Made by a program: the position numbers and the translations under genes
Part shown: piece after piece, positions 1-11,376 of the stretch
How positions within the stretch are numbered: the first letter of the stretch is position 1
How the letters are laid out: every line of letters starts with the position of its first letter
The notes under the pieces: generated by a model
Seen by the model: the letters and a program-made list of their open reading frames with translations, nothing else
Told to the model about the DNA's origin: nothing
Databases searched by the model: none
Assembly (NCBI GenBank): GCA_963850905.1
Contig: CAWKMU010000003.1
Span: 3,296,001 to 3,360,000, forward strand
Origin: an uncultured Gemmatimonadales bacterium
GTDB taxonomy: Bacteria > Gemmatimonadota > Gemmatimonadetes > Gemmatimonadales > Gemmatimonadaceae
DNA: 64,000 nt
Reading direction: 5' to 3'

Positions 1-686
1 TCGATCAGGAAACGGGAATTGAGATCGAGTGCCTTGTCCTGTTGAAAGAGGAACTGAACCGGCACAAACCAGCCACCCTGGAACAAGCGCCGCGTTTGCA
101 GCTCAAAGTCGTTGCGCGAGGCGAAATCCGCTCCGCTGAGGTGGGTGAGCAACGACGAAAAACGCGCCTCCGTCAGGTAGAACCGTGTCCGGTTCTCGGC
201 GTCCGCGTCCAGGGTGTAGTTCACCTCATGATTCGCCTGCAGGTACTCGAACCCGAGCCCCACGGAGCCGTTGGTCCGCTGGAGAACCGTCGCACCGAGG
301 GTCCTGATCCGGATGATGCTGGCCATGGACACCACGCGCGGCCCGGTTGGCGTGCGAATCTCGAGCTGTCCTGGCGACGGGGTGCGGATGGGTCCGGACA
401 CGTGCTCCCCTGACGTCAACTCGACCTCGAAGGATCGCTCGCTCTCGAGGTGCAAGATGTTGCGCCAATCGATGTCCACCGTGCCCGCGTTGGCGATGGA
501 GAACTCCAGGTTCCCCCGGTCCATCGATGAGACCGATCCAGTCAGGGTGTTGCCGCCCTTGACGACGACGGTATCGGGATCGGCGTGGGCGGCGGGCGCT
601 ATGCCGACGGCCGCCACGAGAAGCAGCGCGCATGCGGCAGACAGCGCTACGCGCGTCGACGTGCCCAACAATGGTACACGATGCAT
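1..686 (-). CDS. DUF481/YdiY-like outer-membrane beta-barrel protein (runs off the window start)
   Basis: Not in the ORF track; manual translation from ATG 686 gives MHRVPLLGTSTRVALSAACALLLVAAVGIAPAAHA-DPDTVVVKGGNTLTGSV...TVDIDWRNI...GSVGLGFEYLQAN. Signal peptide, then the typical N-terminal domain and alternating beta-strands. Confidence 0.7.
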   Translation of the reverse strand, partial: MHRVPLLGTSTRVALSAACALLLVAAVGIAPAAHADPDTVVVKGGNTLTGSVSSMDRGNLEFSIANAGTVDIDWRNILHLESERSFEVELTSGEHVSGPIRTPSPGQLEIRTPTGPRVVSMASIIRIRTLGATVLQRTNGSVGLGFEYLQANHEVNYTLDADAENRTRFYLTEARFSSLLTHLSGADFASRNDFELQTRRLFQGGWFVPVQFLFQQDKALDLNSRFLI

Positions 687-1011
687 CCCGGCGAATTCCC
701 ACGGTGACAGGCTAAGCGCGGCGGGGCGTTGCACGCCGCGCGTGACCCCGCTGGGTGATCAATACACGTGCCCCGAACGCGTCGTCACAGTGTAACCGTG
801 ATTGACACTTGGTCTCTCGTGCACGGCCGCCGGTGCATCCGCGCCACAAGGCGGCATGTGCGCAGCCAACGGCACGGCAGTGGCTGTTCTGCACCGTCGT
901 CGCGGTACAGGCGTCTGCGTTTGGCGCGGCGCGCTGTGCGACGGCGGGGCCGATCACCCTAGCGACCAAGGTCTAATGCGCGATCAACCGGCGTCGTCTA
1001 TCGTCCAGCTG

Positions 1012-2649
1012 ATGAGTCGCAAAGCCTACCGCAGCGCGCTGCGCCCGATCGGCTGGTTGCCGATGATCATCGCGTTGACATCAATGTTGGCTGGCGCTCA
1101 GCTACCGGGCCGCCAGCCAGCGCCAAAGGAGACCGCGGACACGGCGGGTCACTCCGCCGACTCGCTGGGCCGAGATACCCCGCGTGGCACCGTGATGGGA
1201 TTTCTCCACGCCGCGCAGGACAGTGACTTCCAGCGCGGCGCCCAATATCTCCAGCTCTCGCACAACGAGCGCTCCGGCGAAGGGCCACGCCTCGCGGGCC
1301 GCCTCGCGGCCCTCATGGACTTTGCCTTCGTTGGACGTGCGGGGCCGTTGAGTGATCGGCCGGAAGGGCCGGGTGGTGCCGGCAGCTCGCGGGATCGCAT
1401 TGGGACGTTCCGCATCCACGGTCGCGAGGAGAACGTCGAGTTGGTCCGCGTGTCGAATATCGAAGATCACGACGTGTGGCTCTTTTCCGCGCAGACGCTC
1501 GCGCAGGTCCCGGAGCTGTTCGAGGAATTGCAGACCACCAACATCGAGCCCAATCTTCCGGGCTTCCTGGTGAATGAGCGGGTGCTGAGCACCCCGCTCT
1601 GGGGTTGGCTCGCCTTCCTGTTGCTGATCCCCGTCGCGATCGCAGCGGGGTGGGCCCTCGTCAGGCTCGCCCGGTTCTGGCATCGACGCTGGCTCGAGCG
1701 GCGAGGCCGGCCCGTGCCACCCGACGATCGGCACTCGCTCGCGGCGCCCAGCATCCTGATCTTCACCGTCCTGCTTCACCAGATCGGCGTCGTCTCGCTC
1801 GGCCTGCCGTTCATCTTTCGTCTCTACAACTACCGATTGGCGGGGCTCATCATTGCCGCCGGCGTTGCCTGGTTGCTCTTTCGCCTGATCAATCGCTGGT
1901 CTGACCGGGCTCGGACGAATGCGCTGGCAGGAGCACCCAATCGCAGCGGCGCAGTCATGCTGCTCGGTCAACGCCTGCTCAAAGTCGTTGTCGGGATCGT
2001 CGCCGGCCTGGTCATGCTGTCCACGCTCGGTGTGAACACGACGGCAGCGATCGCCGGACTTGGCATCGGGAGTCTCGCGATCGCGTTTGCGGCCCAGAAG
2101 ACCTTGGAGAACCTCCTTGGCGGCATCTCGATCCTCGGCGACGAGGTCATTCGGGTGGGCGAGCTGTGCCAGATCGGCGACAAACAGGGAACGGTCGAAG
2201 ACATCAGCCTTCGCTCCACGCGGATCCGCACGCTGGATCGCACGGAGCTGTCGATTCCCAACGGGCAGCTGGCGACAATGAGCGTCGAGAACCTGAGCCG
2301 CCGCGATATGATGCGCTTTCGAACGACGCTGCGGCTCCGCCTGGACACATCCCCGGATCAGCTGCGCTCCCTGCTGTCGGAAACGCAGGAGCTCCTCAAT
2401 CACGACCCGCGGTTGATGCGCGACGGAGCGACCGTCCGATTCGTCGGGTTCGGAGACGGCAGCCTCAACGTCGAGATCAATTGCAACGTGCTGACCACTG
2501 ACGGCAGCGAGTTTCTGCGGATACGCGAGGCGTTGCTGCTCCGGATCGTCGAGTTGGTGTCGGAGGCGGGGACTGGATTCGCCTCCCCGACGCCAACGCT
2601 GGTGGTCACAGCCCCCGACCGCGACGCGATCCGTCGACGGGCCGGATGA
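1012..2649 (+). CDS. MscS-family mechanosensitive channel with periplasmic N-terminal domain
   Basis: GRDTPRGTVMGFL N-domain, TM helices, AGLGIGSLAIAFAAQKTLENLLGG and GTVEDISLRSTRIRT..IPNG motifs. Start uncertain (976/1012/1063). Confidence 0.92.
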   Translation: MSRKAYRSALRPIGWLPMIIALTSMLAGAQLPGRQPAPKETADTAGHSADSLGRDTPRGTVMGFLHAAQDSDFQRGAQYLQLSHNERSGEGPRLAGRLAALMDFAFVGRAGPLSDRPEGPGGAGSSRDRIGTFRIHGREENVELVRVSNIEDHDVWLFSAQTLAQVPELFEELQTTNIEPNLPGFLVNERVLSTPLWGWLAFLLLIPVAIAAGWALVRLARFWHRRWLERRGRPVPPDDRHSLAAPSILIFTVLLHQIGVVSLGLPFIFRLYNYRLAGLIIAAGVAWLLFRLINRWSDRARTNALAGAPNRSGAVMLLGQRLLKVVVGIVAGLVMLSTLGVNTTAAIAGLGIGSLAIAFAAQKTLENLLGGISILGDEVIRVGELCQIGDKQGTVEDISLRSTRIRTLDRTELSIPNGQLATMSVENLSRRDMMRFRTTLRLRLDTSPDQLRSLLSETQELLNHDPRLMRDGATVRFVGFGDGSLNVEINCNVLTTDGSEFLRIREALLLRIVELVSEAGTGFASPTPTLVVTAPDRDAIRRRAG

Positions 2650-2658
2650 TGCCGAGCG

Positions 2659-4455
2659 TCACACCCCGAGCGCTTCTCCCGATCGGCCCGGTAAAGTGAC
2701 TCGCCGCGGCGGCAGCAGAGTGAGACGGTCGTCGTGCCCGACGCTGAGCGAGTGGATGTAGAACGCCGTCGGTTGATCGTTCGTCGCCTCCATGACCGGA
2801 GAGGGCGCCGACACGATCAGCAGCTCCCCGCATCGCCCGACCCAGTCGACGTGGCGGTGCCCGTGCATCACGACGACCCAATGCGCCATGGGATTGAGTC
2901 GCCGAATGAACCAGTATCCGTTGATCAACGCCGTGCCGACGCGTTCGGACAGGGCGCTCGCTGGGTGTGGATACTCGATGATGTGGTGGTGCAGCGCGAC
3001 GATCCACCGGGCGTCGGGGAACTCCTCCATGGCGATCCGCATGCGCGTCACTTGATCGGCCGCCATCATCCCCAGTGCGTTGGTAAATGAGAAGTGCGCG
3101 TCGGCGTTCGAGTTGAGAAGCAGGATGCCCAGGCCGTCCACTGGATCGGGCGGCCACACGAGCGGGAAGGCCGTCGCCCACAGGTCCATCAACTCCCGTG
3201 AGAGCCGTGGCCGACCGGCATCGGCGAACGCTGTGATGGTAGGCAGGTGTGGCGCGAGCGCGTCGGCAAGCGTCCCACCGACGCGGCGGCCTGCCTCATC
3301 CACGACGCGGACACGCGCGCCGTGCAGCGCACTCATCGCGGAGAGCAGGCGGAGCTGACGCAACCGCTTCATCGGGCTCGTCGGCAACTCGAACCGCGCG
3401 GGATTGGCTCGGTCGACAATGTTGACGTCGTGATTGCCCGGCAGCAGGAGCACGCGACCCGCCAGACGCGGGTGATCGGCCACCGCATCGAGGAATGCTG
3501 ACCACTCACCTGAGCGACCCGCATCGGTCATGTCACCGGTGATGAGGATCGCGTCGAGCGGCTCGGTCGTATCGATCGCTTCCAGTGCAGCGAGTACCGC
3601 ATTGAACCGCTCGTTGCCGCGGGGCCCCAATCGACCGCTCTCAATGCGAAAGCCGTAGCGTTCGCCGACGATGTGGACATCCGACAAGTGAGCGACCCGC
3701 CAGATGCGCCTGCCGTTGACCGGCGCTTCGAAGGCGGTGACATCACGCGGTGGGGGTATGATCGCGTCGGCGACTCCCCAAATCAGCGCAGCGGCAGCCA
3801 GATACGCGGCCACGAGCACGCTGCTGTTGGCCAGAGCGACGAGCGCCAGCGCGCGCGGCGTGGCAATGCCCGCGAGGTCGCCATTCCAGTGCGACGCCGG
3901 CCACGCGATCGCGAGCACGACGGCCGCCAGCCCACACACCAGGAGACCCGCGACCACCGTGGCAGCGCGCGCGCCAGCGTCGGATCGCGGCGAAAACACG
4001 CGGTAGACGACGTGGCGCAACCCTTCGCGGAACAATGTGTACACGGGCTGGACGACCACCGAGTGAAGCGACCAGAAGCTGCTTTCGGCCAATCGGAGGA
4101 AGGGGCGCCGGCCGACCCATGTGAGGCCAAGGAACAGTAGCAAGACGAGCGTCGGCACGATCGCGTAGACGGGAGACAGCACCTTCGTCGACACCGTCCG
4201 CACCCAGAGCGAAATCCCGACTGGCGCGAGGCCGAGGAGGAGGGCGGGGACAACCACCAACACGAGCCACGCCAAGACCAGCTTCGGGAAACTGATCTCG
4301 GCCAGCACACTTCCAAAGAGGGAGACCATCGAGCGCTGCTTGGTACTGGCCGCGTCGTCCTCAATGTCGCCGTCGTGCGGATCGAGGAGGGGGCGCATCC
4401 CGGGGCCCTCACTCATTATCATCGCCCGATCGCCAGTCGTTCCGCGTAACCGCAC
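2659..4455 (-). CDS. Membrane-anchored calcineurin-like metallophosphoesterase
   Basis: N-terminal TM helices; motifs HLSDVH, ITGDMTD, PGNHD, HHH, HGHRH. Start may be 4422. Confidence 0.85.
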   Translation of the reverse strand: MRLRGTTGDRAMIMSEGPGMRPLLDPHDGDIEDDAASTKQRSMVSLFGSVLAEISFPKLVLAWLVLVVVPALLLGLAPVGISLWVRTVSTKVLSPVYAIVPTLVLLLFLGLTWVGRRPFLRLAESSFWSLHSVVVQPVYTLFREGLRHVVYRVFSPRSDAGARAATVVAGLLVCGLAAVVLAIAWPASHWNGDLAGIATPRALALVALANSSVLVAAYLAAAALIWGVADAIIPPPRDVTAFEAPVNGRRIWRVAHLSDVHIVGERYGFRIESGRLGPRGNERFNAVLAALEAIDTTEPLDAILITGDMTDAGRSGEWSAFLDAVADHPRLAGRVLLLPGNHDVNIVDRANPARFELPTSPMKRLRQLRLLSAMSALHGARVRVVDEAGRRVGGTLADALAPHLPTITAFADAGRPRLSRELMDLWATAFPLVWPPDPVDGLGILLLNSNADAHFSFTNALGMMAADQVTRMRIAMEEFPDARWIVALHHHIIEYPHPASALSERVGTALINGYWFIRRLNPMAHWVVVMHGHRHVDWVGRCGELLIVSAPSPVMEATNDQPTAFYIHSLSVGHDDRLTLLPPRRVTLPGRSGEALGV

Positions 4456-4654
4456 CCGTCATGTCAGAACGTAGCTTGGGGATGGCGTACTCCATTCGAC
4501 AGACGACCTTGGTGCGCGCAGGTGAACCAAGGTCGACTGGCTGTCCCACAGATCCAGCCGCAACCTCCGTCGACATGAGGGCCTCGCCAACGGTTTACGC
4601 CGCTCCCCTGGAGCCTCGATCGTTCACCGCGGTCGCAAGCGGCCCCGCTCCCGT

Positions 4655-5287
4655 GTGAGCGCAACTCTGGTCAGGAGAACCCTCGCCGTCATCACGGCGC
4701 TCGTGGTGACCTTCTTGTTGTGGGGAATCTGGGATCTCGACGCAATGCTGGCCTGGCAGCAGCGAGCGAGTCCGGTGCCATTCTTCGCCGTCATGTCTGT
4801 CTTGCCGGCGATCGGATTCCCGATGACCCCGCTCTTCATTCTCGCGGGCGCTACCTTCGGGCCCGCTGGCGGGCTGATGGGATCCCTCGTCGCCCTCGCC
4901 CTGAACCTGACGCTGTGCTACGGGATCGCCCAGTTGATGCGTCCCAGACTGATCGCGCTGCTGCGCCGGTTTGGCTATGAGCTGCCAGATAGGCAAGGGC
5001 GAAAGCGAAACGACGTGCGCTTCACCCTGGCGGCCAAGCTGGCGCCGGGGGTGCCCGCATTCGCGAAGAATTACTGGCTCGGCGTTTCCGGAGTTCGCTT
5101 CGCGGTCTACTTCTGGCTGTCGGTGCTGACCACCGGCGCCTATGCCGCGCTCCTCATCGTCCTCGGGGAAGCCGCCGTGAAGCACAGCACCGGCCCCGTG
5201 ATCCTCGTGGGCGCGGTCATCGTCGTGCTGGCCCTCGCGATCCGCTTCTGGCGCGGTCGTCGGAGCAGCGAGGTTAAAGCACTCTAG
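4655..5287 (+). CDS. TVP38/TMEM64 (VTT/DedA, SNARE-associated) membrane protein
   Basis: GFPMTPLFILAGATFG, KLAPGVPAFAKNYWLG; hydrophobic throughout. Confidence 0.8.
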   Translation: MSATLVRRTLAVITALVVTFLLWGIWDLDAMLAWQQRASPVPFFAVMSVLPAIGFPMTPLFILAGATFGPAGGLMGSLVALALNLTLCYGIAQLMRPRLIALLRRFGYELPDRQGRKRNDVRFTLAAKLAPGVPAFAKNYWLGVSGVRFAVYFWLSVLTTGAYAALLIVLGEAAVKHSTGPVILVGAVIVVLALAIRFWRGRRSSEVKAL

Positions 5288-5342
5288 AGCGAATTGCGGG
5301 ACAGCGACACGGCGCGCGACAGCTCCGGCACATCCGACCGCG

Positions 5343-6239
5343 TCAACCGGTTCTGGAGTCCGTGGCCGCGGCGATCACCGGGTGGTCGGTCACGCGCTTG
5401 AGCCAGTACTCGAAGGGCAGCATGACCGCGCCGCGCAGGAGCAGATAGACCGCGACGAGCGCACCGGCCTGGAATCCGGGGTAACTCACCTCGACCACCG
5501 CAAGTGCGAGTGCCGGGTTCGTTAGCGCGGCTGCAACCGCGATCGCCTTTTGATCCTCGCAATGTGGCCACCCCGCCCAGTATCCGACCAGCGCGTCACC
5601 GATGGTGATCACCGCCGCGGCAATGAATGTCCTGGGAGGCACCTGGAAAAGCACCGGGAATCCCTGGATCAGGATGACGATCGCGCTGGCGACGAAGCCG
5701 ACTATATAGACGCCGTCACTCATGTAGGCGAGCACCCCCGTCGCCCGCGGCCAAAGTGCACGCAGCGCGAAGCCGACGGCGATGGGCAACCAGAGCGTCG
5801 GAATGCGAACGCGCATGACGTCGATCGGGCGAATCGTGAGGTTCGCGGGCTGAATCGCGCTCATCACGTGCGTCCACAGCGGAAGCATCAGCGGCTCGAT
5901 GGCCGCACTCAGCAGCAGCGCCAGGAATGCCGTGGACACGGCGCCCCGGACCGAGCGGGCCGACGCCAGCAACAGTGGCACGCCTGGACAGACCGACATG
6001 AGCAGCAGCGTCGTCGCCCCAAGCCCGGTGACGCGCAGGCCCAACACCACCACGATGTTCACGATCGGGACGGCGATCCAGATCGCGACAAGCGTCCGGA
6101 CAAAGAGGCCCGGCCGGTCGCGCAGCTGGAGAAACGCCGCCGGCCCGACGCGAAGCGCTCCACCCAACATGACCGCGAACGTCGCGGTCCAGACGGCGAC
6201 TCGAATCGCGTCCACGAGCATCGGGCCGTGCGGCTGCAA
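5343..6239 (-). CDS. Bile acid:sodium symporter (BASS)-like transporter
   Basis: About 9 TM segments; SVCPGVPLL and ALTNPALALAV motifs. Confidence 0.7.
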   Translation of the reverse strand: MQPHGPMLVDAIRVAVWTATFAVMLGGALRVGPAAFLQLRDRPGLFVRTLVAIWIAVPIVNIVVVLGLRVTGLGATTLLLMSVCPGVPLLLASARSVRGAVSTAFLALLLSAAIEPLMLPLWTHVMSAIQPANLTIRPIDVMRVRIPTLWLPIAVGFALRALWPRATGVLAYMSDGVYIVGFVASAIVILIQGFPVLFQVPPRTFIAAAVITIGDALVGYWAGWPHCEDQKAIAVAAALTNPALALAVVEVSYPGFQAGALVAVYLLLRGAVMLPFEYWLKRVTDHPVIAAATDSRTG

Positions 6240-6551
6240 GCATTAGACCCGACCCGACCGCCCGCTCATTGAGCGTGCCCACCAACCCGCCGCGGCGCCG
6301 CCAGGGACCACGGCTCACGGTGGCTTGGGTAAACCAGTCCTGCTTGACAGGCTGAAGGAGCGAGCTCGAGGTGTGGCTAGGCGGTCGTACAGCGGAGGCG
6401 CGGGTGCCGGTGGCAGCTGGGCCCTGGCCGATGCCGGTGCTTCGGTGCAACGTCAACACCTCCAAACCATGTGCCGCCGCGCGCCGTCTGATTGAACGAC
6501 CACCCCCGCGCGGGCACACCGTTGTCACTCAGGCATCGCAGGCAAGGGACC

Positions 6552-8653
6552 ATGACCAGCTCATTGGCGTCTCGCGTTCGAGCACGAACCTGGCTTCTCG
6601 TGGTTGCCGGTGGTGTCGTCACTGGCCCCGTCGTCCTCGCTCAAGCACCGGCCAACGGCGTCCCCACGATCGACCAGTCGCTCGAGAATGCGGAGTGCGT
6701 CTGGTCCGCGCCTGTCACCGGATGGACATCGCGTCGTGTACGAGGTGCAACGCACGAACTGGGACGACAACGCGTTCGAGCGCGACGTTTGGATTGCCGA
6801 CGTGGCGACGGGCCACGCCCACCAGTTGACGACCGGGAAGAAGTCGAGCGTGAGTCCCCGCTGGTCCCCCGACGGACGCTGGATTGCCTTCCTGTCGGAT
6901 CGGCCCGGGCAGTTAAGCGGATCACCAGCCGACAAACGACAGATCTACGTGATCGCTCCTGACGGCGGCGAGGCGGTACAGTTGACGAAGGTCGAGAAGG
7001 GAGTCGACGCCTTCGTGTGGTCGCCCGACTCGCGCCGCATCGCGTACGTCGCCGAAGATTCAGAGCCAAAGTACCTGAAGGATCGCGCCGAACGATATGG
7101 CGAGTACACGGTCGTGCACGCCGACTATGTGATGCATCATCTGTGGGTGTTGGATGTCCCCGCGACTCCGGGCGTCGACGCGCCGCCCGCCAGGCGGCTT
7201 ACGGCCGGCGCCTTCACGGTGGCGGCCAATGGCGGCGGAGCCGGCGCGGACGGATTCGCGTGGTCACCAGAATGGTAGGCGGATCGCGATCACCTACCTG
7301 CGAGATCCCGACCTCATCTCGTCGGGCACCGCCAACATCGCGGTGGTCGACGTGAGCGACGGCGCGATGAAGAAGATCGTGACCGAGGGAGGCCCGAACA
7401 CCACTCCGGTGTGGTCGCCGGACGGACAGGAGATCGCCTACCAGACCGCGGCGGGCTCCAAGTACTTCTTCTATACTGACAGCCGCATCGCGGTTGTGGG
7501 CGCCGACGGCGGGACGCCCCGTGTCCTGACGGACGCGTTCGATGAGGACCCCGGGCTCGTCGCCTGGAGCCGGGACGGTATCTATTTTGGTGCCGCGCAC
7601 GGAATGGAGCGGCTGCTGTATCGACTGAACCCGTCGACCAAGTCGATCGATCAGGTGAGCACGACGCCGCGGCTGGATGCCGGCGGTTTCTCGTTCTCGA
7701 CCGATTTCGCGCACGTGGCCTATGCGGCGGACGGTGACAACGAATACGGGGAGATCTACACGGCGTCGCTGGCGCCGTGGAGCCCGGCGCGCCTCACCAC
7801 CATGGGCGACCAGCTCAAGGGGCTCAAGATCGCTCACCGAGAGGTCGTCTCGTGGGCATCGACTGACGGTACGCGCATCGAGGGCGTGCTGATCACGCCC
7901 AGCGACTTCGATCCCCACAAGAAATACCCGTTGCTCGTCGTCATTCACGGCGGTCCCACCGGTACGGACCGCGCCGCGATCAATGCGGACCGCTATTACC
8001 CGGTCGAGCGCTTCGTCAGCGAAGGCGCGCTCGTGCTGCGCCCCAACTACCGGGGCTCAGCTGGCTATGGCGAGAAATTCCGATCCCTCAACGTCCGCAA
8101 CCTGGGTGTTGGCGACTACGCCAATGTGATCTCGGGCGTCGACGCCCTGATCGCCAAGGGCTTCGTCGACAAGGACCGGGTCGGTTCGATGGGCTGGAGT
8201 CAGGGCGGCTATATCTCGGCCTTCATCACGGCGTCGAGCGACCGGTTCAAGGCCATCTCGGTGGGCGCCGGGATCTCCGACTGGATGACCTACTACGTGA
8301 ACACCGACATCACGCCCTTTACCCCCCAATACCTGCACGCGACGCCATGGGACGATCCGGAGATTTACCGGAAGACGTCGCCGATCTCGTACATCCTCAA
8401 GGCGCGCACGCCGACGTTGATCCAGCACGGCGAGCTGGATCGACGCGTGCCCATCCCCAATGGGTACGAGTTGCGCCAGGCCCTCGAGGATCGCGGCGTG
8501 CCCGTCAAAATGGTCGTGTACAAGGGTTTCGGGCACGGCATCGACAAGCCCAAACAACAGCGTGCGGTCATGGAAGAGAATGAGAAGTGGTTCGGCCGGT
8601 ACATACTCACCGGACCCACAGCCGTGTCGGAGAAGGGAGCAGGCGGCGGGTAA
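6552..8653 (+). CDS. S9-family peptidase (TolB/PD40 propeller + alpha/beta hydrolase); two apparent +1 frameshifts
   Basis: Signal peptide from ATG 6552; WSPDG repeats; HGGP, GWSQGG nucleophile, D-RVP, GHG. Removing one A at about 6687 and one at about 7271 gives a continuous 699-aa ORF. Confidence 0.9.
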
Positions 8654-8663
8654 GGTATACCGC

Positions 8664-8790
8664 CGCACGAATTCAGGGGATCGGCTGGTAGGGCGACGCA
8701 ATGCGTCGCCCATCCAGACCGTGCGCACGAACCCAGAGGATCCGCGGGGAGGGGCGACGCCATGCGTCGCCCCTCCGCACCGTCCGCACG
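8664..8790. repeat. Two tandem ~61-bp units, each carrying a REP-like palindrome
   Basis: GGGCGACGCA-A-TGCGTCGCCC (8691-8711) and GGAGGGGCGACGC-CAT-GCGTCGCCCCTCC (8748-8776); units begin CGCACGAA..GGATC. Confidence 0.7.
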
Positions 8791-9186
8791 CATTGGCGTA
8801 TCCGCGTAACCATCTGGTTGCGCGCCGGCCGCTCGGCCGGGCACCATGTCGTGGTTGCGCCCATCTGGGCTACGCGTCCCCGGTTTGCCAGGCCGCGTGC
8901 CTCGCTCACGAGGCGACATGTTGGCATAGGTGACCGGTCGATCCGTCGTGCCGATTTGGACCCAGAACATCACGCGGCGAGTCACGCGGATTTGATCGTC
9001 ATCGGGAACACTTGTGGGTGATCACAGTCACGGTTAGTACGCTGGCGCGCATTAACTTCGATCCCATTCCGGGCTCCTATCGGGGACTGCATGTCCCGGT
9101 AGCTCCACGCCGCTGTCCGACCGCCGGGCACACGTGGTGACGCGTGCAACTCGCACGTGCTGACCAGTACTTCTCGATCGGTCTCT

Positions 9187-9762
9187 ATGAAGCGCACTCA
9201 GCGTGGGTTCACGGCAATGGAGATGCTCATCGTTGTCTCCATCGTCTCGATCGCCTCGGCGATCGCGCTGTCGAGGGTCGACTACACGAGCTATCGTGTC
9301 GACTCGGCCGCACGCGGTCTCCGCGCGACCATTCAGCGCGCCCAGTCCGCCGCCGTAACGTCGCAGCACAACGTCCTGATGGCGTTCGACGTGGCGAATC
9401 AGCGCGTCTACGTGATCGACGACGTCAACAACAATCTGGCCGCCGATCCGGGCGAGCGCGTGACGAGTGCGACCTTCCAGGACGGGGTGATCTTCGGCGC
9501 TCCGCCAGACACCTGGGTTGGTGTGCCCGCACCCACCGGACCGCTCAATGCCTCCGTCTTGACGACGGTAACGGTCAACGGGGCGTCGCTTCCGACTGTC
9601 GTGTTCCGGTCAGATGGCGCGACCAGTACCGACGCACAGATCTACCTCACGTCATCGCGAGGGGTCAGCACCGATTTCCGTGGTGTGAGCATCCTGCAGA
9701 CGACCGGCCGGACCGACTGGTACAAACGCTCGACGGGAACATGGGCGCTCGCCGGGTTCTGA
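9187..9762 (+). CDS. Type IV minor pilin, FimT/GspH-like
   Basis: Class III signal MKRTQRG|FTAMEMLIVV with Glu5; VVFRSDG and TTGR C-terminal motifs. Confidence 0.88.
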   Translation: MKRTQRGFTAMEMLIVVSIVSIASAIALSRVDYTSYRVDSAARGLRATIQRAQSAAVTSQHNVLMAFDVANQRVYVIDDVNNNLAADPGERVTSATFQDGVIFGAPPDTWVGVPAPTGPLNASVLTTVTVNGASLPTVVFRSDGATSTDAQIYLTSSRGVSTDFRGVSILQTTGRTDWYKRSTGTWALAGF

Positions 9763-10148
9763 GCCGATCGCGATCCATCCCGCAAGGGATGACGCTGATC
9801 GAGACGCTCATTGCCGTGTCCATTCTGGCCACGGCGATGATCGGCATGGCCCAGTTCATGGCGAAATTCGCGCACGTAACGAGGACGTCCGCCGTGCAGG
9901 CAGGGGCCCTCGACCTCGCGACGCAACGCATCGACTCGGTGATGCATTCCCCAACGTACGCGTCGATCGACTCGATGGCCGCGACCGAGACGGTGCTTGC
10001 CGACTCGACGACCTATCAACGCCAAACAATCGTCCAGCACGTCGGCGGACCAGCAGCCACGCAGGATTATCGGGTTGTCACGGTCGCCGTCACGCCCCCG
10101 GGGGGAATCGCGGCGACCCGGAAGACCACTGTCATCGCGGCCTTCTGA
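9741..10148 (+). CDS. Type IV minor pilin, PilV-like
   Basis: QG|MTLIETLIAVSILA prepilin motif; short; C-terminal YRVVTVAV. Confidence 0.85.
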   Translation: MGARRVLSRSRSIPQGMTLIETLIAVSILATAMIGMAQFMAKFAHVTRTSAVQAGALDLATQRIDSVMHSPTYASIDSMAATETVLADSTTYQRQTIVQHVGGPAATQDYRVVTVAVTPPGGIAATRKTTVIAAF

Positions 10149-10150
10149 TC

Positions 10151-11376
10151 ATGCCAGCGCGCATTCCGGCACCTGCTTCGCGGACTCGAGCTCGGCATGT
10201 GCGCGCTCGAGCGGCCTCACTCCGACGGCCGCGCGCGGCATTCACGCTGGCCGAAATCATGATCGCGCTGACGCTGCTCAGCATCCTGGGAGGGGCAGCT
10301 CTCAGTTTCTTCATCAAACAGACGCGCGCGGTGACCGTCACGGCCGGTCGGCTGGATGCCCAGCAGAACGTGAGCTTCGCGCTCGACGAAATCGACCACG
10401 ACCTGCGCGTGGCCGGCACCGGGCTTGGGGATCAACCAGCCGGCGGTCATCGAGGCGCATCCCTACGCGGTCACCTTCAACGCCGATCTCGTCACGACCG
10501 ACACCGCCAGCGTCACCACGGCCAGCTACTACGACCCCAGCATGCCCGAGTCGCTGACCGTGGCGCTGACGCCGGCTCATCAGATCAACTATCCGTTTTC
10601 AGCCACGACCTATCCGGACAGTCTCTACTTGCAAGCCACTGGCGTGATCAGTAACGCCGAGACGATCTCGTACTGGCTCACGCCGGACTCGACCACGCCG
10701 CGGCCGGACGATTACTTGCTGCTCCGCCAGGTGAACAGCGCCCCGGCGACCGTCGTCGCCCGAGGGCTCGTGTTCCCAGGTGGCACACCGGCGTTCCGCT
10801 ACTTCATTCCGGGCGCCGCGGCCAACTCGCGCGTCGAGGTCACGGCGGCGACACTGCCGCTGTTCTTCAAGGCCGGTAACGTCGGGCCCGATACGCTGCT
10901 CGCCAAGATCAGTGAGATCGAGCTCCAGCTCCAGGCCGTGTATCGAGACCCCCTCGGTAACGACGTGTATCGCAGCATCAACCAATTCATACCCTTGCTC
11001 AACGCGGGCCTCCTGCATCTCGCCGCGTGCAACTCGCCCCCGCAGGCGCCGACCGTCCTGAGCGACGACCGCGTGGCCCAGTGGCGACAGCGTCGACGTG
11101 ACATGGCCGGCGTCGGGTGACGAGGCTGGCGGGCAACACGACGTCAGGAGCTACTCCGTGTACCGCCAGACGGGCGGCGCCGGGTGGGGAACGCCCATCT
11201 ACACCACGCCGGCGGCAGGCACGGCCAGTTACGACTTCGAAGACAAATCGGTGCCTCTTGGTCAGTCGTACCAGTACGGCGTGGTCGCGCGCGACTGCAC
11301 GCCAGCGTTGTCCGCGCTCACACCGTCGCGGTACTCCCGTGACAGCCAACCCCTGACGCCGCCGGACGATCTATGA
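10151..11376 (+). CDS. Type IV minor pilin, PilW-like, with C-terminal FN3-like domain; two apparent +1 frameshifts
   Basis: A|FTLAEIMIALTLL; DHDLRVAG; continues in frames 10425 and 11098 (VTWPASGDE..YSVYR..YQYGVVARDC). Shifts near 10428 and 11065; repaired length 407 aa. Confidence 0.8.

Noticed and set aside
8800..9186. Long leader before the pilin cluster examined for a c-di-GMP riboswitch
   Set aside because: Conserved GEMM motifs not found by eye.
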